A stretch of 42,060 bases of DNA, taken from contig CAJVPI010000214.1 of NCBI GenBank assembly GCA_910592345.1, forward strand, positions 1-42,060, given 5' to 3'. Below are positions 1-13,222 of the stretch, in pieces. The stretch comes from Paraglomus brasilianum (Eukaryota). How positions within the stretch are numbered: the stretch's first letter is position 1; each line of letters starts with the position of its first letter. The position numbers and the translations under genes were made by a program. The notes beneath the pieces were generated by a model. That model was given only the letters and a program-made list of their open reading frames with translations. It did no database searches and was not told where the DNA came from.

Positions 1-135
1 GCGGTCGAATTACAAATTATCGGAAATTCATATGTAACGGTCGAATTAACGGAAAAAATTTCATATGAAAAAATCGGTAATTGTCGAATACTGGAAAGTC
101 GAATTATCGGGAGTCGAATTAACGGCAGTTGACTG
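1..135. mobile_element. Right end of a pogo/Tigger-like (Tc1/mariner superfamily) element or MITE, truncated by the window edge
   Basis: Repeated GTCGAAT subterminal motifs (about 5 copies) end in ...GGCAGTTGACTG followed by TA. The reverse complement CAGTCAACTGCCG is a typical pogo-type CAGT terminus. Confidence 0.6.
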
Positions 136-1395
136 TATTGTTAATGATGACGTATTTCCACAATCTGCATCCAATAACAGCATAACATAAATCTATTAAT
201 GCGATCTACAATTATATAGTTAGTGAAATGATATAAGCGGAGATGGTTTCGCTAGCTAACATTATCTTCAGTTTGTAGTTTGGATTTCGTTCTTGAATCT
301 AAACATTCCTTCGAACACTTGTACTATTATTAGCTATCATTCAACAATAAATGATATACATATTGGACATTAATTATCCCGGCGTAAAGCACGGATTCCG
401 GAATCGCTAGGTAGCATCAATTCTCGTTAACATACGCGTATACTACGGTCCCCCAACGCACTATCGGAACTAATCCTACCGATGAAGAACTACCGATCGA
501 TTAATTTGGGAGCATATTAAAAGCCAGAAATAAGGCCACCAACTGTATTGGCGATTTAAGCAGGAGAGTAGAGGCTAGCCAAGCCTCGATTGAAAAGGCT
601 AAATCCTAAGGCCAATTACTGAGCGCTCTCCCGCGGTAGTTGGCTCACATTATATCGGTAGAGTAACTCACGCTATTGTTGAATCTCTATTTTATGCGTA
701 TGCGTTTTGAGCAGCAGAAGCAAGAATACTAGTATAATAACAACAAGGACAGTAATTCACACCATTCGCATGCCAAACATTCCAAACATTCCAAACATAG
801 TAAACTGAAGGCTAATATCGACGACAAAGATGGAAGTGTCTGCAAAATTGTAAGGCATAATGCGGTGGCAATAATATCTATGTGCCATTTATTATCCGTA
901 ACTAGGATTATTGCGTTATGTATTTATTAGCCCAGATATACAGCATATTCAGAATGTCGTCAAAATTACATAGTATATTCCTTTTATGAGGAGACATGTG
1001 ATACTTCAAATGCATAGTTTGTACTACTACGTCAATATGCATAGTAATAGTTGGACAAACATCTACGGTCACATGATATATTGAGGAATTGCAGGATTTT
1101 GCCACGTCTCAGAATTTGATGATTGGCTACAAGTATGTGCAAATATCAGCCGAAAAATTTTTTAGTTCAATACTCCCAGTTAGCTAAACTCGTTTCAAAG
1201 TAAAAAAATAATTTATTCTCAGACTATCAACTATGCGCTCTCGGAAGCGAACACGTACAATAAACAGAAAAGCAAATTGCGAGCATGCATATTTGATTGA
1301 ATAATAAGAGATATTCTTCACAAGAAAGACCGTGGTAATACTTTGTACCAAACAAGGTAATGTAGTTCTATAGTAGAGACGGTCATTCCTAGAAC

Positions 1396-3565
1396 TTAGT
1401 CCTCCTTAATATCATCAAAGTCTTTCTCCCATTCACCGTCGAGGACTGAAGAAGTTAATTGATAGTCACAACGGATGGATTAGTAAATAAATACTACTTT
1501 ATCGTTGTCCGCTTCTCAACCCTCCCCTCTTTTCGGGAACATACCAGAATCATTCAGGTCGTTACCATCAGCAGGAGCAAGAGCGGCTGTAGATTCCGCA
1601 AGTGCTTCTTTAATCTTTTCGCCGACAACAGACATGGACATATGGTCTTTAGTTTCAAATTTAGGGGTCTCTGAACCGTGATCCTGTTCAGTTTGGATTG
1701 GCGGTGGCAGATTTTGAATAACGAGTGAATCTTGTTGAAAGACTTCAGATGGTTTGTCTTCAGAGGTTAGGAATGATGGCATCACGCTGCTATCGTCTTT
1801 TTTCTCCTCTGGTTGCCTCGTCTGTTCCAATTGCCCTTTCGCTTCATCCATATCCACATCCTTCTTTGCCGTATCTTCTTTTACCACTCCTTTTGTTGCA
1901 TTCTCTTGTTCATTTACCGTCTCCGCTTCCAATTTCTTCACCTCGACTATTACAACCTTTCGCTCACCCAATTCAATATCTTCGCTCCTATCCTTCTGGT
2001 CCTTTTTCCTCCGGCTTCCTATGCTACTCCTTTTCTCTTCCTCCGTGATATTGCTTGACGGTACCATTTTATCATGCTCTATTCTATTTCCTGGCACCAG
2101 TCGTCCGGTTGCAGTAATGGCCTCTTCGCGATAATTGCTTGGAGGGGAATACGGTCTTATGGAGTCAACATTTGTTTGGAAGAGCAAGTCGGCGTTCTGT
2201 GAGCTTTGAGTCGGAACTGGATGTTTGTACAAAGATTGGAGATGAGCACAATGTAGTGTCAACCATTTGATGTCAAAAGCAAACAAAACACTAACACTTA
2301 CGTTTGAGTACTGTATCATTTAACCATTTCCATACTTCAACCAAATGTTGGTTTTCACACAAAGTCTGGAATTTGGTTATCGCATCGTAATGTATTAACG
2401 GCGGAATCAACAGCAATGAATTTACTGTAACAGCGAAAGGATAATTGAACAAATTAATGACAGAATTTTGATAGGCTCAGACAGCACAAAGAGGTAAAAG
2501 CGGTTTCCAATCACGTGAACCAAAACATACCAATGAGGACAGCTTGTTTCATGGGCGACATTAGCTTTCCGAGAAGTGCAAGGAGGAAACATGTATTGAG
2601 CACAACTGCCAAATACTACAAAGTGGCCAACAGTTAATACTTTTCAATACGAACTACGATGGCAACACGATCTGCTCTTCGTCTCAGACATTACTGGGCT
2701 CCATTCTTTACGGGTTTAGTCGATTGGTCACCGTTTATTCAAATATACTTTTGCAAACTTACCAATCGTGGATTATCCTTGCGGAATTTTGATACAGAAT
2801 CACGCAACCATTGTATACGGATCTTGAGCCTATTGCATATTTCGGAGTATTTGACCGGTGTGGGCTGAGCACTGTAATTTATCGTTGATAAACGAACAAG
2901 GAATGGGTTGACAGCAGGTGAGAAGTAATGTTTTGAATTCGGTTGAGAAAAATTCCAAGATATGATTTCACATTCTCACTTACAATTCTTTCTCAAGTCT
3001 GTTGTGTAGTGGCTGTAATATACTCTATATAATAAATGATTAAATCACGACTACGATTAGAAGCCACAACCCAAAGCTGAAATGCGCACATCTTCCTTTA
3101 TCATCATATTATTCTCATTCACACTCGTACCTTTGATGCATCCTTTAAGTTGGTATTGGTATTACTATGGACAAGTATTTCTGAGAGCAACACATACAGA
3201 CCAGTTCCTGATGCTACCAACGTGAGGAGCGGTATGTATGGGTTGGTAAAGACCCTGTGAGGTGTAGTAATGGACGAGATAAGTAAGGGAAGTAGCGTTT
3301 ATGCACGAGAAAGTGACAAGAATCGGATGTATGCGCTACATTATGCATTTAAGTCTTCGTTTCTCACAGCAATTCACTCCTTTCGCTACCCATATATATA
3401 TGTATGTATGAATGAGTATACTTGCCAAACGGTAGCGTTAAGTCCGAGTACGACCACACACCATAATGTTGGTCTCTTGAGTATGAGAGTGGCATATGCG
3501 ATCTCGACCGTTTCCTCGTACTTGTCGAAGTGGAGCTGTAACTTGTTTATTCCTTGCGCTGACAT
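1396..3565 (-). CDS. Reticulon-homology (RETREG/FAM134/ARL6IP1-like) ER membrane protein with acidic disordered tail and C-terminal LIR/AIM-like motif; 447 aa, 8 exons
   Basis: Exons 3565-3426, 3254-3131, 3024-2984, 2871-2763, 2615-2531, 2424-2302, 2216-1545 and 1445-1396 join in frame (1344 nt). Introns are GT-AG except intron 1 (GC-AG). Two hydrophobic segments flank 'KYSEICNRLKIRIQWLRDSVSKFRKDNPRL'. 'VNSLLLIPPLIHYDAI' resembles ARL6IP1 'VTSLLLLPGLNQHGII'. The protein ends 'DGEWEKDFDDIKED*'. Confidence 0.8.
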
Positions 3566-5086
3566 AGTGAAGTAGAGTGTAGACAAACTGTAGCGTGAAG
3601 CGTCTGTGCAGTAAAGCTGGAACTATTGATAGTAACGGACTGAGTAGATAGTAAACTTCTGGTTATGGTATTACTCGTAATAAAACTCTCTCGATACGTG
3701 AAGCAATCTTTTTTCCCTTGTCATGATAAGCAAGTTTTATTAGATGCTTAAGTATGCGGCGGGAGATTCATGGTCACGGGAACCGTAGTTTATTTCACGC
3801 AGTGGTGGTGGCACATGGCGCATGTATAGATGAGAGGTATTTATCCTGTGTGCAGACATTACGTGAATGTTGTGTGGTACGCCAGGTGTCATGGGGAAAG
3901 ATGGTATAATTGATTAGATGAATAATAACGTTGTATTTGTTGCGTTCAAAACGATTGACGAGAGAGATTATCGTTATGAACAATCTACTGTGTAACCATG
4001 GATTAATGCAATTGTATAATATTATTTTCAGGGGTTCATATCATTCAAAACTTCCCAATAATTAATAATGGATCAACGTTTGTAATTCGGTCACATGCTT
4101 TCCTTGTTCGCTTTGAAAAGAGATGATTTATTTAATCGAACATTGTCTGATGCTAAAAAGCAATTCCTAGCAAGGGACGTCCTAATTTACCGAATCCTTT
4201 CCGTCATATATTTTGACCTTCCCACTTCTTGAGAAAAATAATAACAGGGAGACATTTCCTTTAGAGATTTACATCTCAGACCGGATAGATGTCTGAACGC
4301 AGAACATTTGTCTCTCGTTGTTCAGAAAACTATAGATATCCCTTCTTCAATTATAGACTCTGATTTGCACGCATCGGTTGCCCCACTCCTGCAGTGAGTG
4401 TAATAAATGAGAAGTTATTATTGTTGGATATTTCGGCGACATTCCAAGCCACTTACACAAAAATAAGCGGTATATATCAATGGTGAACTTTTTTGTTTCA
4501 GGATAGTGGTAAAGTTATTCTTTCTAACATTGTAAACGGCAGGTCATCTACAATGTATGATCCACCATAGTAATAGCAAAGTAGACTTTTCGAAAGCTGA
4601 AACAGAATCAATTCGGATTGCCTGCACATTTGTTTATTGCTTCAAAAATTTCTGTGCCTATGATAAATAATGATTGGGATCTGCTAAGTTACGTGTTCTG
4701 CTAGCTTCAAGAAACTCATGGATAGGCTTTCTTTACCATTGTGCCAAAAGTCGAAGATTAGAAAGAACTAGTATACATATGTTAATCAAGCATATGGAAA
4801 AACTAAACCGTCATCAATTTTTTGATGCTCGGAACCCCTGAAATCTTCCGTAACACTCTCAAGTCAATTTATCTACCTACCTATTGTGTTCTACATATAG
4901 ATGATGACGCATTCTGATCTACAGATATTCGTCAGCACCAAAGGAGATCGACGCAAGTCATGTGAAATTCTCAAAACACGCATACCACCATTTTAACAAG
5001 ACTAAAATACCAATATACAATTTTATTCCCCACTCTATATAATACATCCTACATACATATCACCTATTTATTACATACACAGGTAT

Positions 5087-8000
5087 TCAAATAAAGTTAT
5101 TTATCCTATATATGAGCATAGCAAATCTCTTCAGACTAGGGTGCGAAGTATCTTCAGCTAATTGTCGATAGTATGTATCTTCAAGACGTTGTCTAACCGG
5201 GGGGATGATCCGGGGAAGGTGTTCTCGAATTGAGGCGTCCTATAATAACAAGTATCGTTATAATGGGAATAGTTAATATAAGCAACCTTCAAACAAGTTT
5301 CCAACGAATGCTTCTCTACTCACCTTAATATCTAAATGAGCAACTGCCTCTTCCAACCATAACAATTTCAATTCAAATAGCTTATCCAATTCGTTCGATA
5401 GATGGTGAATCAGTGAGAGTACGACAAGCTGCGACACACTTGTCCTACCGTCTTCATGAAAAATAGTCTTCTGATCCAGTTTACTAATTAAGCGGAGTAT
5501 TGTTGTCGCGTCGTTGGATGATAGGGCCTGTTGGAAATTTTGACAAAATTTTTTAATGAATGATGTACGCTGATATTTGGCATTTGCTTAGTTTGTATAA
5601 TTGGGTATGAGAAGTACACACACATATATACGCGCGTGCTGTGTGTATATATGTACGCTTCCTTCTCCCAACCTCAAAAACCAAGCCCTAAAACGAACCT
5701 TAACAAAAGCCTCTTCAAAATTCCCCACTTCCAAATACCTATCAATCATATTCCTCAATTCAACTACTCCAGGGGCTTCCATAGGAGACGTATACGTCCG
5801 CTGCACACTTGGGTGACGCTGATGTGTCTGCTGACGGTGATGCACAATAGTATGTTCCGCTTGAGAAGGCAATGCTTGACGAGTAATTAGAGAAGTGTTC
5901 GATGTATTAAATGTGGCAGTCGATTGGGGAATTATAGATGTGGTAGGTTGTGGAATGGTGGTCGTTGTAGATAGTGGGATGGTCGCCGTAGATGGCATGG
6001 ATGACATGGTTGGCATGGTTGCTGTGGCCATCGGCGTAGCCGCGGTGGGGAGCGAAATAGGCACGTTATTGACAGGTGTACCTGCTCCTATGGATGCCAT
6101 TATACCAGTAGATTGAAGAGCTATCGACCGATCGACCGATCGTTTGGTTGGCATGAATCATATATATGAATTTTGTAACGAGATAATCGGCAGAGCAATG
6201 GCGGGTATTGGTAAAAAATAAAGTAGCGGATATTAGGAAAAAAGTCATCATGCAATAAGCAAACGGAGTTGTCTATTTACCCCATACATTATTTTTGTAC
6301 CACGCACGCCCACACAAACCCTGCTCACTCATCCCTTATTCACTTACCACCATTCCCAACTCCCTTATTTCCCATTTCATATCCATCCTGCGCACTCATC
6401 CGTCCCAATCGTGGAGTTGTTTGAGGAATGAGCATACGCTTCAATTCTCCCGATAAAGATCGAGCCAGCTTGTGTTGAACCTCGGCTGTAGCGTGTGACG
6501 AATGCGTCTCGGGCATGTGAGAAGGGAGATGAGTTGTGGTGGCAGTGGCGGTGGTGGCAAGAGGCTGTGGGTGGATGCTCGAGGGCAGCTGTTGCTGAGG
6601 CAGTTCTGGCTGTCGTTGCTGTTGCATTCCTTTTATTATATTAATCAATTCCACCTGAGTTTGCTGCATGTCTCTTATAGACCTTTCTAATTGTTCTAAC
6701 CTTCCGTGAATTCCCTTCTCACCCGCTCCCATCGAGGTCAAACTTTTCTCACTCCTTTCTGCAACATGTTGCAAACCCTCTTCTACTGTTTGATTTATTT
6801 GCAAGAACATTACAGCCGTAGCTTCCTGGAGTTGAGGGACAAGAATGCCAGTAAACGATTGTTTGAATATTTCGTCAACGGTTGGCCGCATTGCTTTGGA
6901 CACGCCTTTGGCAATCGATTCAATCACAGCCGGTTTGGAGAGAACTTTGGAAACATTTTCGGATACAGCCCGCTCGATTGCGACTGGGATCGACTTTTAA
7001 GATAGTGGAAAAAAGTAAATTGTAAGTGAATTGTTGCATATTTGTACGATGATACCACGATCTACGTTGTTATTCAACCATATTATAAATTATTATACAT
7101 CTACCTTACTTATAGCCTCAGGTAACGCCTGCTTTACTTTATTATCAACTGCATTGGTTAGCGTCCTAGTCAATGCTGGCACAAGCATAGTCTGCACTTC
7201 CTGTCTTATTGTCTGGGTCATTAACTGAGAAGTATTATTATTCAACGTATCGGAAACAACCTTCAGAATTGACTGTTGTCGAGATGTCTCAAGAGCTTGA
7301 TGCTGTATACGATCGGATTTTAGTTCTTGTGCTTAGAAAGGTGGGGAAGAATAAGGTCGAGTTAAGATGTGAAAAAGAAGTTAACATAAAAGGGCGACAA
7401 GGAATAAAAAATACATATGCACTTACATTGCTTATCCATTTCTTTAATGAACACCTTTTGCACTTTATTAACAATATTTTCTTCTAGTTTTCTAAACTCC
7501 TTGGAAGTGTTTCCGTCTATAACATCCAATTCATACTGTTAGCATAAAGTGTAGACAGTCAGAGATAATAGCAAATGTTCCCATTCACAGTACCTGCTTT
7601 GTGGTTAGAGTTTTCTTGTTGAGCCTGCGCTTCTGCCTTGCGTGATTTCTCATTCGCATTCGATGATTTACCATTGGCTTTTTGTAAATCTGCGGGTTTT
7701 TTATTCTTCTGTGATGGTTCTTGATGTGCATCGTTATTTGAGTCTTTATCCTTCTCCTTATCTTTATCTTTCTCTCTATGTCGATCCTTGCGCCTCGCGG
7801 GTCTTTCAGAATCCGACACTATTTCTCCCGTCCCTGCAGCAGCTAAAGCTCGTTCTTTTTCAGCCTTTTTCTTCTCCTTTAATCTTGCAATAGTACCGTT
7901 AACAACAGGACCAGACAATTTAATGTTGCCAGTTGAGGCGGCTTTTTGATTTTCTTTTTTATCTTCTTCGTCTGCTGGTTGTAATTCGGAAGTCGCTCGG

Positions 8001-11000
8001 ACTATTGAAGAATGAGATTCTGTACTGGTTGATGTTGAGGCAATTGCAGAAGTCGTAGCTGAAGTAGACACAGAGGGATGAGGTGGATGCAGAGAGGACT
8101 GGTCGTGAGTAGCCGTTACTGGTGGTGCGTTTAATGGTTGTTTGATTGGCTGCGGTAGAGTAATCTCCGTACTTGTATTTATAGCTTTGGTTTGGTTTCC
8201 TGTAGTCACGCTCAGCTCTTTATCTTCCCCTTCTATCTCTGCCGTTTTAACTTTCGGTTCTGATCCTTCGGCTGAAATGACTTCTGTAGCTCCTTTGTCT
8301 GACCTATCATCAGTCTTCTTCTGCATGAATATGCTTGGTTCGCACTTAAATTCAGGACATCTTTCAAGGTTGTTTGGGTACAACATTTCTGAGTATAGCA
8401 GATATTGTTGTACAACATCTGTCTGAATGCAGTAGATACTGAAACCATCTGATTCCGGGACGTTTACAAAGCTGATTATGAATTGATCAACCGGGAACTC
8501 AATTATGTAATCGAACTAAACGAGTCATTAAATAGGGTTAGTAAAGTCACAGCTACCCAACACTGTTGAAAACAATTCGCGTCGTTGCGAACAAAATAAG
8601 AAGCTTATGGACATTGATAATGATATCCAACCTTTTTCCTTCCTGTATCCAAGTGCACAGCAAATATAGACATTCTAACACTATTCCCTACTATCAAACA
8701 CCGACTTTTCTGTTCAAACGCGACACAATTGAACATCTTTCTTTCATTAGTTAATGTCTTTCCACCGTGTCCATCTCCTGTCTCTTCTTTCGGAGGTATA
8801 TATTTAATCTCCTGGATAGCACTCTCCATTGTCGCATCGTATAACCTCAATAAACTATTCCTGTTAGCACCAATAACAACGTATTCAAATGCCGATGATT
8901 TGTTGAATAAAGGCAGGCCTTCTTCTTGAAGGTCAACGAAAAGGATCGAGGATGGTCTTTCACCATGAAGGTTTATACTGTGTACGACAACAGCCTCGTG
9001 AGGATTTGACGTGAGTTGTTGGACATCAAAAAATTTGACATAGTGACCACTGGCGGTTGCAAGAATTGTGCCATCAGATGAGAATGCCAGGTCTTCGACT
9101 GGCTTTTTTTTTTCGATACAATAGTTTAGATAAGAATATGTCAAATTACATTATGCTGAAACGAGTTGAATATGAGTCTTACCTCGTCATATTTCTCCGT
9201 CTTGGCGATACTTGACCATATTTCTTCCTCCTTATGATTCACACTATCTTTGCCCTCAGACACCTTTGCTACATCAATTACTCCAACTTCATTAGTATCA
9301 GTAGCAACTGCAAATACAGTTCGCTTGGGATGCCAAACAGCTCTCGTATATCTTGGCGGCGTCGGTTCGGACATTATAGTCTTTGCGTCTAATTCAAAGA
9401 CAATTTTGCACGGAATTTCCTCATCGGCTGCCTGCGGCGGCTCTGAGATTTCCCAAATAGTAATTGTACTAACGTCGCCGATGGCAAGAAGAAAGTGACA
9501 GTTATTGTGGCTAGAATATTGGAGGCATACGTCAATTATTTGCGTGCCTTGGAGTCGAACGAGCGCCCTGCTTCCATATTGGATGCTTATTATACGGACT
9601 TTACCTCCTGTCATATTAAAAGGTTATAAGTAAATGTTGAGGAGTAAGGTCAAGTTCACGCAGTATTAAAAATTATAGAACTAATACTAAATAATGAAGG
9701 CTAATACATAATAACAACTAGTGGCAAATGCGACAATCATTATGCCATCGAGAGAAAATAAACCAATTTGGCATTGCGTTTCACTAATACCAACCTTTGA
9801 CTGCGTAGCATATAAAATGATCATTTGCAGCAATCAATTTCGATGTTCGATATTCAGTATCACTTATAACCCTTGTAATCGTGGTAAGTTCCAAATCTCT
9901 CGTTGATATCATTGACTCGTTCTGTTGCGACAGGTCAATTACAATATCACTCGAAGGAAGCCTCATTCCATCAGGAATATCTCTCGATAAATTCTTCCTA
10001 GTCATAGAAGCCCGTATATTCCACGCAGTAGTATCTGGTAACGAAGGCTTCATATACGGATAGTCCATAATTGTTTTTTCTCCCACAATTGTTGTTCCTT
10101 CAAAGGACGCCTTCGGTTTTTGCCCCACCGATTGTCCTTCAGTCTTCACACTGGTACTCCTATCCATACCTCCATCCGCTTTCTGACTTTGTCCATGAAC
10201 ACTTCCACCACCTTTACTCCTTGCAGTCGTTGTCGGGTTAGTTTTTTTGAACAAATCAAACGGATTTTGATATGTAAAAAGCGAACTAGCACCAGATAAT
10301 GAGCTTGCTTTGGTCGTTGGTGGTGAAGTGGAAGCAGGCGGTATTGATTCGAGACTAGTAAGTTTGTTGTAGTCAACTACTTCTACTGGGGATGTAAGAG
10401 AGTCGTCACTTAACACTGCGTCGGGTGTGGGTTCTTCGGCAATTGCGATGGGGTCAGTAGCGGCGTCGATAGTAGGAGTAGTATACATTAATGCGGATGC
10501 AGATGTGGACGCGAATGTAGATGAAGATGCGAATGTAGATGAAGATGAAGATGCAAGCGCGTGCGCGGAAACAGATTTTGATGTGAATTTTGGATAATCT
10601 AAATTGTGAACGTCTTCTACACGCGTTTGAGTAGTTTCACTGTCACTATAAAATAGGGATGCAAGTCAGGAGATGATTGCAGACAATAATGCAAGAATGA
10701 ATAAGATAAAAGAATTGACTTACGTTCCCTCATCCTTCTTCTCATTCTCCATCTCCATCCTTTGTGGTCCAAATAAAGCCAATTTCAGAGATTCTGTCGA
10801 GGCTCTATCGATATTCAATGTCGGATCAGCTCTAAGCGCTAGTGGTGGTGGATATGGAGGTGATCCTGGCTCTTGGGGAGTGCCACTTGATGATGTCATT
10901 GTAACAGATGTCGTTGATGACGTTGAATTTGCTGAGAAAGAGTTTTGTAGAAACGCCAATGGATTTATGATATTAAGAAGATTAGATTGGTTAGGGGCGT

Positions 11001-11487
11001 TAAGGGAATCGGAGGAGTCTGGTAGAAAAAACGGAATAGGTAAATCTGAAGGATTTGGCATTTGTGGAGGTGTTGACGTCGTTGGTGATCTTGCTGGTGG
11101 CGAGACGAGCTGGGTAGATGTAATGGAGGGTGAAATTGTGGGCGTGATAGTAGGTGAAATAACACTGGAGGAGGGTATTTCCGTATTTTGAACAGTAAAC
11201 ACCGGGGCAGCACTGAACCGTGGTGAAGACGGCGGCGGCGAACTATCAGCACTCGTAATACCTTCGCTCTCAGTAACACTCGAAACCGCCACTTGCACGT
11301 TCTCATTCGTTATCGTTTCAACATTATCTTCATTATCTAATCCTTCCTGAAAATTATCACTCATTTGTTGTCCGTCCTCTTGCATCTGGCCTATCGAAGT
11401 TGTCGTAGAGGTTTCCAAGTTATCCTGTACGTCAAGTTCAGTACTTTGTTCGTCCCGTCCTAGCAAGTCTCGTATTAGACGGTACAT
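5087..11487 (-). CDS. EDC4: Enhancer of mRNA decapping 4 (EDC4/Ge-1/Varicose/Pdc1-like), multi-exon
   Basis: WD40-like region ('SKLIAANDHFICYAVKG', 'KVRIISIQYGSRALVR', 'VEDLAFSSDGTILATASG'), a helical region ('FKQSFTGILVPQLQEATAVMFLQINQT') and the Ge-1 C-terminal domain ('VSQLVVLSLIHHLSNELDKLFELKLLWLEEAVAHLD'). Stop TGA at 5089-5087. Internal exon boundaries were not all resolved. Confidence 0.85.
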
Positions 11488-11648
11488 GTACCTGTGAAAA
11501 TTTTAAAAAAACAAGTCTGTTGCCGTAGGTTCCACTATCGTGAACGACGGCAAAAACAGGGTATGTGTCAAAAAGCCTGTGTGAGAGTTTGAACGACGGT
11601 TTTTTTGGAGTAATGATGTGATGTCATAAATTGAGGGGTCAATATAGT

Positions 11649-11708
11649 GTGACGTCACGTAACGAGAAATCAATGTTTACTAACGAGAAATAGTATACTA
11701 ACGAGAAA
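11649..11708. promoter_or_regulatory. CRE/ATF-like palindrome GTGACGTCAC plus three TAACGAGAAA direct repeats upstream of EDC4
   Basis: GTGACGTCAC at 11649-11658. TAACGAGAAA at 11660, 11681 and 11699. About 160 bp upstream of the EDC4 ATG. Confidence 0.4.
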
Positions 11709-13222
11709 CAGTTTAGACGGATGCCAGGTTTCTGGTATGAAAAACGGATTGAAAAATAATTGGATTTATCTTAACTAGTATTGGCTAAGAGAACGCTTGC
11801 ATTTGCCAAACCTATACCAATCCAAGCACATAATAACATCATGTTTTACACGCACGAATATGTTGAGCATGTTGAAATACACACAAAGAAGACTTTCGCA
11901 TATCAAGAGGATCAGCACAAAAGATGTGTGTGGATGGTTGCTAACTGTCTTCCGTGAAAGGACAGAACCCAACCATACTACATTGAGTATAATGTACACA
12001 TAATTGCCGCCATTATAAGAATAATTTGGTGCGTAAATAGACCAAAAGTTACAATGCGTAACAATATCAATCTGACTAATTCCGTGACGCATTATGCGAA
12101 TTGTATGTACACAAAATTGACCTAGTCATCACTCGTTTGAAACATTATCTCGTATATCGATTTTGATATCATACCCCGTTGATATCCCTATCAACATGTA
12201 TCCAGATTTGATCCTCACTGATAAAGAATTATTCAAATAATTATGCACTATCAAGATTAATATTAATATAAATTAGTATTTAAATTTAAACTTCTGATCT
12301 ACAATATTGCAAAGTCTGTTACATCGAAGCGAGACAACAAAAAATTAACAGATTTTTTTATCAAGAGAGAGAGAGCCACAATTCATAAGACTGGTGAGTA
12401 AATTGAGGTTTTAAGCGGTGGTAATTCTGACTACTATTAATTGCCTGAATATCATGTTACTTAATTCGAGACGATGAATATCGTACATTAATATAATACA
12501 TATCAGATACGACGTCGTTTATTTAAAACCCTAGCCGGTCCTGTAGGTTGATATTAGAGATTTACTGTATATGTATTGCTATTTGAGTAATATTAAGGCA
12601 ATCCTTTTAACTTTACTTTCACAAAAGCAGTTTAATCACAATTTTGTGAACATTGAGGTTTCTACTTATCTACTCAACCATATACTTGTTGCCATACGCT
12701 ACATCAAGTCAAAGGCTTTTGTTACCAACAATTTTTTTCCGAAATTATACTGCTTTTATATTACAAAATAAACTTTTAGATTAGAAAGGCGTACTAGCTT
12801 CTTAATTAACAGTTGCAAACCAGTTTAAGCACAAAGTTTATATTCCAAAATAATCTTTGTACGAGTATTATTTCTACTGACACAGTGTACATGACATGTC
12901 TCGCTAATGACAGGTTAGATGTTGAATACTACTTATTTTTTCAATGTAGATAGGTACACGTCTGGAATAAAGCGCTGGTTCTAATTTGTAAAAAAATGTA
13001 TACAAATTATAAGGCTTATACGCACGTGTCAATTAAGGTGGGATTAATTTTGAATGAAAACTCTGTAGACTTCCCATTGCTAAATGTATAAACATATCTC
13101 CCTCATCAAGCTGCACAGAAACACGAAGGTGTGATAATTAGTGGTCAGTGCAAATAGTTACAATAAATATTCCTTGAACAATGGCCATTAATTTACTGCA
13201 AATCAGAGTATCTGACACTTAC

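Noticed and set aside
376..620. Helitron-like 3' hairpin+CTAG, 16S-like words, and a possible LINE endonuclease trace (IGDLSRRV)
   Set aside because: Matches are short and mutually inconsistent, and CTAG is not followed by T.
1725..2134. Plus-strand ORFs here and similar antisense ORFs over EDC4, the SAP gene, SWC4 and ATP7
   Set aside because: Shadows of real genes on the opposite strand.
4300..4800. Possible LINE relic (EVIIVGYF, VDFSKA)
   Set aside because: Only two short motif-like words with no continuous frame.
10511..10546. 18-bp tandem duplication
   Set aside because: In-frame low-complexity expansion within the EDC4 disordered region.
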